A stretch of DNA of 64,000 bases. Source: an uncultured bacterium (GTDB lineage Bacteria; Omnitrophota; Omnitrophia; Omnitrophales; Aquincolibacteriaceae). Shown here in pieces: positions 38,301 through 42,481 of the stretch. Below the pieces are notes generated by a model. The model did not search any database. It had not been told where the DNA came from and was given only the letters and a program-made list of their open reading frames with translations. The translations under genes and the position numbers were made by a program. How positions within the stretch are numbered: position 1 is the stretch's first letter; every line of letters begins with the position of its first letter. The DNA is taken from positions 95,063 to 159,062 of the forward strand of contig CAYSSX010000005.1 of NCBI GenBank assembly GCA_964434115.1, given 5' to 3'.

Positions 38301-38845
38301 GCTTTGGAATACCAATCCACGTTTTCGAAATGGTCCTGAAGGCTGTCGGCACCGATCAGGCGGAAATCCCGGCTTCTATTAATATGCGCGTATTCCGCAC
38401 CGCCGATTTTTAATTGATCCAGAAAATAATAGGCCGTCTTGCGTTTCACTTCGGGGTCAGAAATGTTTTTGAACAAGGCGTCCGTGGGAACCGGCCCTTC
38501 ATAGCCTTCTTCGTAAACGGTTTTGACGCTCTGGTTTTCGACCAGGTGGGTGATCATGGCCGCGATATTTTCCTGCGCCTGCAGGACATCATGCGCGTCC
38601 TGGATAAAAATAACCGTTTTGCCGGTGCTGCCAGGGTGAAATTCTTCAATGTTTCCGAATTCAGATGGAAGGCTGATCGAGGCGGGAATGGGAATCCCGG
38701 ACGCTTCGGGCACCGCCGCGTCCGCGGCAGAGCCTGTGAGCAGGCAGACCGAGAGCATAAGCGAAATGACCTTATGCGCCCAGTTGGGGGGCTCTACAAA
38801 ATTTCTCTTATCAAACATAAACGGGGGCAGCGTCTCACTTTCCAA
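20333..38845 (-). CDS. giant multidomain protein (6170 aa) with the following recognisable parts: signal peptide, APH-type kinase-like domain, TM clusters, beta-propeller-like region, minimal nucleotidyltransferase, Fis-like HTHs, SecA-family DEAD ATPase motor, 5x GNAT, 2x SAM-methyltransferase, C-terminal repeats
   Basis: It is a single uninterrupted 18,513-nt frame.
- Signal peptide: N-region plus KVISLMLSVCLLTGSAADAA.
- Kinase-like: HGDFHPGNM...DWDH (Brenner motif, aa 773-798).
- NTase: GRDSDIDLVVGFSDSD (aa 1909-1924).
- SecA-family motor: Walker A AVEKEPGEGKTL (30905-30922), ILDEGD, TGTMG, ATSVAGRGVNI, and SRRIDDQAKLRAARRGDPG, which corresponds to the SecA motif VI RRIDNQLRGRSGRQGDPG.
- GNAT A-motifs: IQKMAVDPAHRFSYIGSQM and LNFAVEPETRGRKIGHEM.
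- Methyltransferase: motif I FLDLGTGR (24206-24223), plus a CheR-like VVVMGPSFGQE segment.
The start is uncertain. The ORF track begins at a TTG (38845). The first ATG (MFDKRN) is at 38818. Neither has a clear SD. Confidence 0.85.
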   Translation of the reverse strand: MESETLPPFMFDKRNFVEPPNWAHKVISLMLSVCLLTGSAADAAVPEASGIPIPASISLPSEFGNIEEFHPGSTGKTVIFIQDAHDVLQAQENIAAMITHLVENQSVKTVYEEGYEGPVPTDALFKNISDPEVKRKTAYYFLDQLKIGGAEYAHINRSRDFRLIGADSLQDHFENVDWYSKAVRVQGDVEEDFLAVERELENLTRSLGLKKLQDFLRAKKRFEETKTDFAVYLREVCRLYLASPAGGQFEILYPASAEMLRALDTKQADLLDRVNQRGASELLLEMKRLEDGLAEALLESPREKQLYEYFKAVRLFHRLNKLEVTPAEYQASKETLDAFKTQDLAAFLAREGKKTIVLPRRWEESLQCARGFYETAMRRDEKIREAVEEFSKIPDEKTAVLVYGGFHSDRIRSILENLGMGYAVAVPRVTHLDERHQEYYRQGMAAGSGIFASGIASGMARLITLFEMENSGRPEVRQRIAEEMNSLSGIVRNLSGDLPEMAREADLRFRKTRKNDSGQTAARAELRMEETAEDPDREDVRSARWQAEMARADLEAAPEVLKQYALGEVQKISPTAGGIGEHGKSLQVTTSKGKYILKPLTRVLYPELTEGARFEVSVVRELVRKGIPAADLVPTTKPAGEFDEDRYFVEAANGKIYLLYHFVEGQNLTPETLNTKQFENSIDVLAAMHKTLRDFQVTGKRTRPSILDFENQKERIKQLQARLVQKQADPSAVLTRGERFFLQNASFLLEQISLLNLNLPPPVYARLPQTLVHGDFHPGNMTYEGDQVKAVFDWDHLRKEVRIYDFFKGIFKITTDDRTFNLQGLRQEVERYQKNQALTEEEIQAIPEMARRHVLDMMTWMVRPEKLSERHLYDLSAVDPLEQSLAIIDRNGNVYGWFSTNIEVLRDIDEKIRSGAFSRELHDAALGKQAHSALRVDPDAEMDESPFEETEEPSPERRADKIVSKLLKHWYRSKTHSMGPAIEALKDRTLRAHPMGTPNYMKAAAEFDQGLLAILDEAVAAESERLSQLKTLTTDLFIYHAGIEGELVTKEGKKIFRERYGSDVPDFSVRPGDSFKAGQLTPVFSELIANIRHVDPMGAMFFYRLDDDPKNVQFIIRDGGALTSRAEGVRRSIMGEEYPDEFGRVRKHGYHNAIDAVIRRILGGEVIVQYDKKSERYFSGWFASLVWVRSLNRWTREHFALPIFGIEGEIIGRPWMETGVSKIKHKQGLKVKLLIPRVRSELRTAPEEPGDEEESGFQETVRFLVQGGAAFTALKAGQVFAQFLPAKHQEFIAGMQLLMSAFFVIAVAEGRIKRAGFFLLNAAAFLTFASAAQVAAGKSLSLAQEIGAGLIAVTAGLLMSGAERVVQKWKEHSPKKPQLFIPGEEPERVSEQPDLPVSALKIYDGEEDDSVRSELRAGIPEQLSGFQYDNGLARDENVIVTVKGMEQSATDERALQSMLQPGPQVIGGAASRPYKEGRILAVSLKNDSMDEASSFWSERALEPHDVDFSGSRMAVGGNNTITLLNRKTGRTKIYTYPWFAHIHTVQFSPDGRYLLAASTGFDAVYEIDTYRDRVVWEWNAWEHGYNQSMFGNFLTRSQEEARKLEAEHREVIWVKDPSTWGEFGIPTRQRAVHLNSAMALDSNTILISLFHRGETLVVDKASGKTLKVLSGFSSPHGFRKIGNNHYLVTSTRDGKFQVFDSKFEPVREITLNGMPGVSRPAQLGEWLQNVRWLYGQIYAAVDIHRSKIWVIDLEHKTYRGMAIPRDWAVQEVRLVPREWKKAELVRRLFSTEGQKVALVEDNRISESRSELRTNEPFGRYREIRTYEDVVSVNERRVEEALSAGAITPEKAENYKRTFRGIRRVSAKALQLYADSARGAGLPVYPVQAVWVGGRVQGASLKQLVSPELGRDSDIDLVVGFSDSDGLLPKFGKYESMIAAAFIQALSEEDVPGALDYEETLAAAAISERAREILARYREETEPKTRIQLIVKTHWKPLRSEKVQGHPLNFPELLLAEIESFPEAAAGGETFDRSELRDFSGYAEDYLTESLRKQEPRLYHETARQAEARYEAAAKENEAVWKILRSAMNVSREEGFRNVEAFLDVFETSFHVENGGLILRDWIASDSGVTQSWAKIKENLERGVLRSWQVWEEDFPEVSKVHVRDHFLAMTAVYQNLFREEFAREALERILSRTRLIVRGYRKSETVRSWSPEDSRNAFEISGQYAGLDFVVPWNHQVRVTISNPRSDARTFPYLTAVIDQTLAADFLSELKGVNDLFKRWPWLAKHARFSISYKKTAVLALLTAALSLLFGPAAGRIGLLIEFLAWGTAAVLWIDIFQIKSQVRREFEEFADKVQEESGMWTVITGDDPQSEAVRSELRSGISDEQVIRSWAEREKDYIRDVMTYARGVQTDAVKILGISRSKLSRYLKARLPQDSFSHELPRDFKLTTLAKLKRAYAISALILHAGNQRETTRKTGIAYRTMHDLVEESEFEMLRGETPEVLLRKFAEEVKLAFSPEEIRNILGARFDLVRDTEILKNLKRVLGVAPDGRAEIWHLAAKITQRENEDRREGRFQKEADFRAATEAFRERLSAGETVDSIFSEAAAVFKSAARFRIGQYPSDEQVAAAIAIHRGSAVEKEPGEGKTLSIAMAAYINALSGRAAHIHTFNSYLAGRDAQEMGPVFDLLGMRVGVMTEADQPYLFDPASSGSRRPGKKHLSSSYKDNQGHRQPVQKKDVYRSDIVYGVKDLFVFDFLYDQRKQRLDQKVQPPGGPSIVILDEGDATLLDESGYPLILASPDALSAARLRKVDYLMLYQTALALSKDTDYEIDPVKESVELHRHGLLAAIHYLKYLQFDTLKLTELMREHELGNLLRQALLTKHFNERDGDYILRNGKIELVDEFTGRVKSHHVLGNHRHQFIAAKETYHGNEAELLEPTFHNGLITYQNYYRMMQRRSRFSIITGTMGNDAAEIEKTYGLTYISIPKQSPTLLVEHPPVVTRTKNEKDRLIAGKIAELHAAGRPVLVFVKRISDARALARALEEESLDAAVIDGLDLEEEVLAVANAGKKGQITIATSVAGRGVNIKIEDDVRALGGLAVIMTRKSRSRRIDDQAKLRAARRGDPGEVYWFLSEEDESFRLFGDQARSEEILRQSRRQILFYDDELDPYRRVFYEARDLFLELTKQERLWTRERQLNVIDHAWQRYLMGLEHAMYRREPEGYLAQVRDGFRLVQEVLENSFITSGGADVFREFKETHVLPLNGEHGVRSELRGMEHSLEQYVPYPEVSPVENLGREETLSKARSLIEGSQPDPRKPIMVTRFLQQGTQGMNLTTVHTPGPAGAIAVRAHPDVKADEIYYVKTEEGADEALEAAADYLAFAYPEKTFDVEIGLGSLPSGDQDVVMITVHDRGALTKTVPPYSRQQPVHSISGVSTAQTYNQITGQSPADSPKLLVTKFRSLDPRDQDKGRSELRAPLEEGPVHPAGKGYGEFAVMAGAQEVQGRKIEATDKTPVAFYFNIHTDRILENPEKWIKARVHYKTEKDVEWKNDLEMTLYDNFENGTYRVGVTLPSDFSGTLTFQYSLDGGKTWPYWANQGTHENYEVTRTHAVTARGQNYEIRELPEGQLKTFFDFDARLKNPWGETFWEHLETAYGARAIVALRNGSIAAYLVYQPTESGMQVLKYAVDPAQGPRMLLRVLWRMAQKKLRDDGKEVLTLEAAFRDLKYFGKSKHQHVQKSRSSGKKDFYTLDYYSPLWGGRPEEGGEIPEEYVPSPMTFLRAWALRQTPGAELSLNFEDIRGKYPGLSALMVRRILGEHNLKPRGGYPAEALLIRDMNDEDLDDVMRIESAAFRVPDRWSPWGFQEKPKEDETREDSGGGLMDEVEEGFNRFKTVAVDEEGRVVGYIVYQIFEERIDIQKMAVDPAHRFSYIGSQMLEHIKWIMNKENLSFVSADVPVQNEPVSEFFKKAGFVSLSEQDESWQKKSVTEFVFWHPEIDANLLQSKEQAARFLRKLREMKKYMEEQRELKMAASPKGVLESLKRKEVSPWTRDSKTVKQPAYKTRIRAADLSSVEDLASFAKEQSRFEWTREAFRDFLNRGGKILEARSYGRLTGYLAYSESGETYEILDAAFSARTVPGAMLRRFTEHLQDQDAAKTASPNRMLWELPVEDFADGGRNFRTRAGFKFLDEYELKDGKSLYLLEKTIRKIPEGEKHFRRWAQSLERTPVTMTAFISQAEEFGLNPKEAEKILAYYGVSLVTEKPAAPSRTLPEEGPYVSRDPVKGLHIRWMIRRDMPEVLDIEGKSFSMPWTDEDFLRALRQRNVIGMVAEIGDFVKGFMVYSLHRKGLEILNFAVEPETRGRKIGHEMVEKLKGKLSAQQRNWLRVVVRESDLRAQIFWRSQGFSAVQVSRDYFEDTGEDAYLFEYRQDPEEIDFEETARHDRVRDPRNQMHAWALRQPLEKLVTAEAVARYPEIPAYDADHILMPIREQKLKERMLELLPEGSGRELPLTAFAFSKTSGLPAEKVEAVAGLLGLRLKGGDYSQLEVTVRDHKVEDFHLFESKIETARVDRKEPWTFSAFLDFVQNEQGRVLTAEHEHNSAGYLAYHQIGQRLMVERMGILPALNFRGVDRRLLQQLREIAEEDSLTSIVIPVDEQDLHTQLLLKDEGYNLVAISQPFSPSLKKLIFKLEIPEDSGISQPEIPDLKTIRAVHLRPHEGAFALQLDVLGGAQPVILRTTLENLDTNLHDWFGIESAVHKGWQALMWKDAASDEVRVRSLISPVEIQDVESFILTAIQNRVSAPGSDETAKAPAKDYFKKNHRSELRSTESESGNVWPEQWREEGQISILGEGFEEERAAVEKFFGEFFSGVLQNKPGSKFLDLGTGRLFVPRIGAAEALKISGSSAEFHGVDSAPLDPSFIPAGQGIYFHQTRIENTAEAFPPEFFDAATASYGLEYVQDPGRALEALNKVLKPGAPAALVIHHSGSIIAESVRERLWEMEEIQKSGVVQALLDYTLDPGPETSERVLAAHSALQETVRSASGKETDTVQEVIDQMELILIAGEKAIPALEEMRGDISSHISLFKYYLEHAAAFGDPEKEKLKTLFETHGFTVLELERFEVPQPEQTPFLIGWKVLLKKSAAAAEPGQRAELRAESEWDLRAAEEWRKPGIPEVLLFEDHIGSYMKDFSAIYKVLEKAAGGKVSGEEFFDFMTHFSVTRLFRDQYRGSFTGVVSDLLRGDELLLAMFRYTRRQDLGAAYKKFNAYSELANRFMSHESWYLNLVLRQIDALKTKHLAVVVMGPSFGQELFFWAWILQRIKRVPGYSDLTYEIVGYEKFEEMAQRSRSKVSGGGLDILDVVAASRGAPAEVMRSAFELMQASQARPQDFSAAIRVVTGNAESAELQKLFSGAGIISFNNVWAWMQEPERQSVILKLKRSAIENPGLVLVGVDVMGEGFQDLKIQKYHPSFRSELRAKEWAAPADIYRDLDRLHGTEKMPGSGSEAQKKIRKMELLESMILDFENIREILRREMGESTAQSVYRDLGILFDQASEYLIAAWILKKDMKTFRLLNAWNAEALRSLDVSVRMAAQARGKRLEEGANKIRSPYIQAYQQSVGRKREAARLMGLPPKTYDHQTASLGIDFEKIEIPPGTLLQRLEKTGQKPAQTIRKELYAVFAEEKNGTTFNLVEFRKFLAAKPGFQFLKSPGFSYARLLWGLNLAEDFLYEASDRKAKYGGLMIRVGESFGFDTPSAKANIERILKELAQFKKKQPETASAFDLLKALAMTKEEVLQELEETYAWNLKKFTDAHPEVSWVVTRGYDELVKLLGIQEEAKKKIEESYAAHLGHLDYAAEGLGVTTPAYKRMAQSAKVDFSKIEIPAGGLLKVLDAKNPEGKKQEILAWLDAAGWTNLNGLKNKAFQNHAYLQEKVFSISEVLWGLGIAPEFAARYRALAGGGITSPNQLGMKFGWPKGRAKPTLSSIVDDPRIAPFLPARSELRFQDNSLESFYKPVKKPGAAMIDFRDLVTFTTEEVREAAITVSQRSDVRFVIHNVMPEHERVLALKDLFKSFPNVVWTQAGGEDVFRSLGPQFRENGIVAFARRDRDLTSFSASALETIRFFAVSEDRPGTFAVALSYDPDQILFQSGIEKRGVFYEVKPFLADLAASYLNQFAFAASA

Positions 38846-39020
38846 AAAGCTGACTGGAGGTAAAAATTACATGGCAAAAGGCATGTTTTCAAACCGGCGG
38901 GAAAAATTTAAGAGAAGGTTAACGGGGGTGTTAGCGGATGATCGCTTTTGCAAATAGCGGCACTGGGAAAAAACGTCCCGCTTTTGACGCCCGCTTCAAT
39001 CTTTCGATTGAAGCGTTTTC

Positions 39021-39401
39021 TTATTCGGATGCTGCTATCTTGCCAAAAAAACTGGGAAACTTTTTCAAACACTCGATGGCGTAGTCCACAAACTGAACCG
39101 CGACGCCCGTGCCGTCACAGCGGACAACCCAGCCGCTGACCTCAAGGACGGGCGCATCTTTAAAAACATCGCCCAAAGCGAGACGGCATACACACCGCGC
39201 ACCCGTGGGGAATTGCTCGGCGCAAAGAATATAAGCACCCTTGACGCTGATATCACGGGTCCAGCCGCTGATCTGGCGCTCACCCGCTGCCACAACCTTT
39301 GTCTCAAGGCGGATCACCGCGCGGGAAAACTCGCGCCGTTCCCGTTTGTGATCACGGGGAAATTCCCTGCGGTCTTTATCATTATCAGAGGGTGTTGTCA
39401 T
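39021..39401 (-). CDS. PilZ-domain c-di-GMP-binding protein
   Basis: PilZ motifs are present (RREFPR / RREFSR, RxxxR type, and DISVKGAY, D/NxSxxG type). It lies 175 bp upstream of the giant gene in the same orientation. Confidence 0.7.
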   Translation of the reverse strand: MTTPSDNDKDRREFPRDHKRERREFSRAVIRLETKVVAAGERQISGWTRDISVKGAYILCAEQFPTGARCVCRLALGDVFKDAPVLEVSGWVVRCDGTGVAVQFVDYAIECLKKFPSFFGKIAASE

Positions 39402-39435
39402 TGTTCACACTCCTGTGCTGGCTGAAAATTTCCGG

Positions 39436-40035
39436 TTAAACAGCCCGGGTGTAATTAATTTCCATCACCTTATACTCCTGACCTTCGGGAGTATAGGAGT
39501 AGCTGGCGTAAGTGTTGTGGTCCGCATCCGTGACCGTCCAGTCGGAACGGCCTTTGCGGTCTTTTTCCCCGGTTAATGGGCAGGAGTTTTCGCCCGACAA
39601 GGAAAGTTTTTTGCGGTCGGGATTGTAATCACCCGCGGCCGTCATAATGCCCGTGGCCATGCTGTCGATCCAGATTGAAATGTACTCGCCCTTGATGTTG
39701 TCATACCCGGTGAACCCAAGGCCGTTGAATGTCTGCCCCATCCATGGGCCTTCAAATTCCTGTTTCAGAAACCGGCCGCCGTAAATCATCTCGTTAACGG
39801 CGGTGCCCGTCATTTCCTGAGCTTCGCTGTCCGGGGTCATCCAGAATTTTCCGGTGTACGTCCACTTGCCGGTAAAGGCCTCAAGCGCCTTATGGGCTTC
39901 TCCGGGAGACATCAGGGCCTGCATTTTCTGCATCGCGGCAGGATCCGCGGCCGGAACTTCGGCTTCAGCGGCTTGAACCGTGGAACCTAAAAGCAGCACC
40001 ATCGAAAACACCATCATCATTTGAAGCGGTTTCAT
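39436..40035 (-). CDS. secreted DUF1579-like protein
   Basis: A signal peptide (MVFSMVLLLGSTVQA) is present. The body GTWTYTGK...GYDN.KGEY.S.WIDSM resembles the DUF1579 family. Confidence 0.5.
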   Translation of the reverse strand: MKPLQMMMVFSMVLLLGSTVQAAEAEVPAADPAAMQKMQALMSPGEAHKALEAFTGKWTYTGKFWMTPDSEAQEMTGTAVNEMIYGGRFLKQEFEGPWMGQTFNGLGFTGYDNIKGEYISIWIDSMATGIMTAAGDYNPDRKKLSLSGENSCPLTGEKDRKGRSDWTVTDADHNTYASYSYTPEGQEYKVMEINYTRAV

Positions 40036-40148
40036 ACTCTCGTTCCCCTTGTTCTAAGTGCCCGCGGATGAGGCCTGGTTTTAAAGACGGTGTTTATTCT
40101 AATCATTTTCCGGTTTTTTCAAAACCAAACTACACGGAAAATCAAAAT

Positions 40149-40367
40149 TTATTCCCTCAAAATGCTGGGTTCCTGTGAGCGGGGGCCTGAAAAACCATTT
40201 CCCCGTCCCGCCTTGGTGATAACCTCCGAGAGCGCCTGCGCTGTTTTTTCCACCTGCTTAAGGTAATACCCGGTGAATTTATTCACCGGACCCGCGCGTC
40301 CTGCCGCAAGCGCAACCCCATACATAATCACAAGAAGCATCCCGGTCCACCGCAGAAACCTAAACAT
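40149..40367 (-). CDS. small membrane protein, hypothetical (72 aa)
   Basis: An ORF with one N-terminal TM helix. No homology is recognised. Confidence 0.3.
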   Translation of the reverse strand: MFRFLRWTGMLLVIMYGVALAAGRAGPVNKFTGYYLKQVEKTAQALSEVITKAGRGNGFSGPRSQEPSILRE

Positions 40368-40459
40368 TCCAGGCCCCCGGCCTTCCGGTTTTCCCAGCCC
40401 TTGCTTTCATTCCCCCGCCCGCTGGGGCATCCTTTAAATAAGGGAAAGTGAAGGCTGTT

Positions 40460-40825
40460 ATGAGCAAAAAAATCCTTATCGCGGACGATGAAGACGATCT
40501 CCGGCTTCTGCTCAAGGATATGTTCAAGGGACTCCCCTATGAAATCACGTTCGTGAGAAATGGCGAAGAAGCCATCAAGATGCTCAATAAACTAAAACTG
40601 GATTTGGCGATTCTGGACATTTCTATGCCCAAACTCGGCGGTTATGAAGTCTGCCGCCACATGAAAAGCGACTCCATCTTAAAACATATTCCGATCATTA
40701 TTCTCAGCGCCTTCACCCGTGACAAGCAAGGCAGTAAAGCGGACATTGCGGAGTGCTACATGCACAAACCCTTTGAGCAGGACACCCTGCTGGCCGAAGT
40801 CCATAAACTGCTGGGAGACCCGTAA
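40460..40825 (+). CDS. stand-alone response-regulator receiver (CheY-like)
   Basis: Receiver motifs are present: ADDEDD acidic pocket, phospho-acceptor D in LAILDISMP, T/S in IILSAF, and K in YMHKPF. The ATG at 40460 has GAAAGTGAAGG upstream. The GTG at 40448 is an alternative start. Confidence 0.85.
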   Translation: MSKKILIADDEDDLRLLLKDMFKGLPYEITFVRNGEEAIKMLNKLKLDLAILDISMPKLGGYEVCRHMKSDSILKHIPIIILSAFTRDKQGSKADIAECYMHKPFEQDTLLAEVHKLLGDP

Positions 40826-40957
40826 CCCGACCGGGCCGTACAAAGTTTTTTCACTTGCCTGCTGGAATAGGATTTTCGGCAAAAACCTGGGAAATCATCA
40901 GAAATTATCGGTTTTGCGGGGAGAGGCTTTCCGGAACGGAAATGCAGCGAAGGAAAT

Positions 40958-42310
40958 CTAGCCGCCGTCTCTTCCGGAATAAACGGCGCCCTTGGTCATA
41001 TCGGAGGGTTGTCCTGTGGCCTCAAGGACTGAGGTCCACAATTCACTTGCGGTATCCACATAACGCCTGCCGGAGCAAATGAGTTTCATCGGAAGATAAA
41101 CATACTGATTGTTTCTGCGCGCCACGACAAATTCGGTAAGCCCGGCCATGGCTCCATGCACCGCGTTATGCGCAAGCCGGAGACAAAAATAACTATCCTG
41201 TGAGGAAGCGGGAACTCCCCTCACCATGTAGCTGGGATCAATGTATTTCAGGTTGATTTCCATGCCGGCCCGCTGAAAGTGTTCCTTGATCTTGCGCTGA
41301 AGAAGAAGCCCGATATCCTTGAAGATAAGATTGCCCGACGCATCGGCCGACGCAGCTTCCTGATCAAAGAGATGCTGTCCCGCGCCTTCCGCGACAAGGA
41401 TCACGGCATGCTGGCGTTTTTCAAGGCGGCGGCGGAGATTTTCAAGAAATCCATTCTCGCCCTCCAGATCAAAGGGGACTTCGGGAATGAGAACAAAGTT
41501 CACATCGCTCTGCGCAAGGGCCGCATAACAGGCAATAAAACCCGAATGACGCCCCATGATTTTAACCAGCCCGATTCCATTCGGTGTTGAACGGCTTTCA
41601 TTGTGAGCAATGGCAATCGCCTTCACCGCTTCCGAAAAAGCGGTCTGGAATCCAAACGATTTATCAATATGCAGAATATCATTATCAATCGTCTTGGGAA
41701 TTCCCACGAAACTGATCTTGAGGTTGCGCTTTCGCGCGCATTCGGAAAGCTGAAGAGCGCCTTTCATGGTGCCGTCACCGCCGATGATAAAAAGCACCTG
41801 GATGTTATGGGTCTCAAGAAAATCCACCATACGCTCCGTGTCCTGCCCGCCCCGTGACATCGAAAGGATGGAACCGCCGCGCTGATAAATCTGAGAGACC
41901 CGTTCGGGCGTCAGGTCCATGACCTTAAGTCCATACTCCGGAATAAATCCCCGGAACCCTTGGGGAATTCCAAGAATGGTTTTCACTCCGTAGCGGGGTT
42001 GAAGCGTCAGGACAATCGAACGGATCACATCGTTGATGCCGGGGCACAAACCGCCGCAGGTCACAATCGCGCAGCGCGTCTCCGCGGGATTAAAATAAAT
42101 TTTCTGCCGCGGGCCGGCCAGGTCCGCCATCGGCGGTTCTTCCCCGCGCTGCTGGTAATGACGGATTTCCGAAAGCCGCGTATAAAAATAAGCGCGGTCA
42201 CCGGACACAAAACGGGCCGCTGTTCCCTGCTTTTGCATAAGCTCATCCAGCGGGGAATCGAACTGAGGCACGCCCAAGTTTGGAATTATCAAGTCCTGCT
42301 GTTGAATCAT
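40958..42310 (-). CDS. 6-phosphofructokinase (long PfkA/PFP-like group, probably ATP-dependent)
   Basis: PFK motifs are present (GGLCPGINDVIRS, GGDGTMKGA, MGRHSGFIA). Gly at the GGDG position favours ATP over PPi. Confidence 0.85.
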   Translation of the reverse strand: MIQQQDLIIPNLGVPQFDSPLDELMQKQGTAARFVSGDRAYFYTRLSEIRHYQQRGEEPPMADLAGPRQKIYFNPAETRCAIVTCGGLCPGINDVIRSIVLTLQPRYGVKTILGIPQGFRGFIPEYGLKVMDLTPERVSQIYQRGGSILSMSRGGQDTERMVDFLETHNIQVLFIIGGDGTMKGALQLSECARKRNLKISFVGIPKTIDNDILHIDKSFGFQTAFSEAVKAIAIAHNESRSTPNGIGLVKIMGRHSGFIACYAALAQSDVNFVLIPEVPFDLEGENGFLENLRRRLEKRQHAVILVAEGAGQHLFDQEAASADASGNLIFKDIGLLLQRKIKEHFQRAGMEINLKYIDPSYMVRGVPASSQDSYFCLRLAHNAVHGAMAGLTEFVVARRNNQYVYLPMKLICSGRRYVDTASELWTSVLEATGQPSDMTKGAVYSGRDGG

Positions 42311-42481
42311 AACCTCTCCCCGCGTTGTAAAAACTGGTGCTATGGTATCTCAATTAGGGGATAAAGACATCATGCCCATGTAAAAAGAAGGTAAAAAAAT
42401 GCCGGGGAAGGCAGCTTGGCTAAGGGGGACAGAAAGAAAGGCCGGTTTTCTGCAAGTTAAAGCAGAGGGATGGCGGGAAGC

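Noticed and set aside
40826-40957. Convergent gap between the response regulator and pfk as a bidirectional terminator
   Set aside because: Only weak, short inverted repeats without a flanking T-tract were found. Not reported as a terminator.
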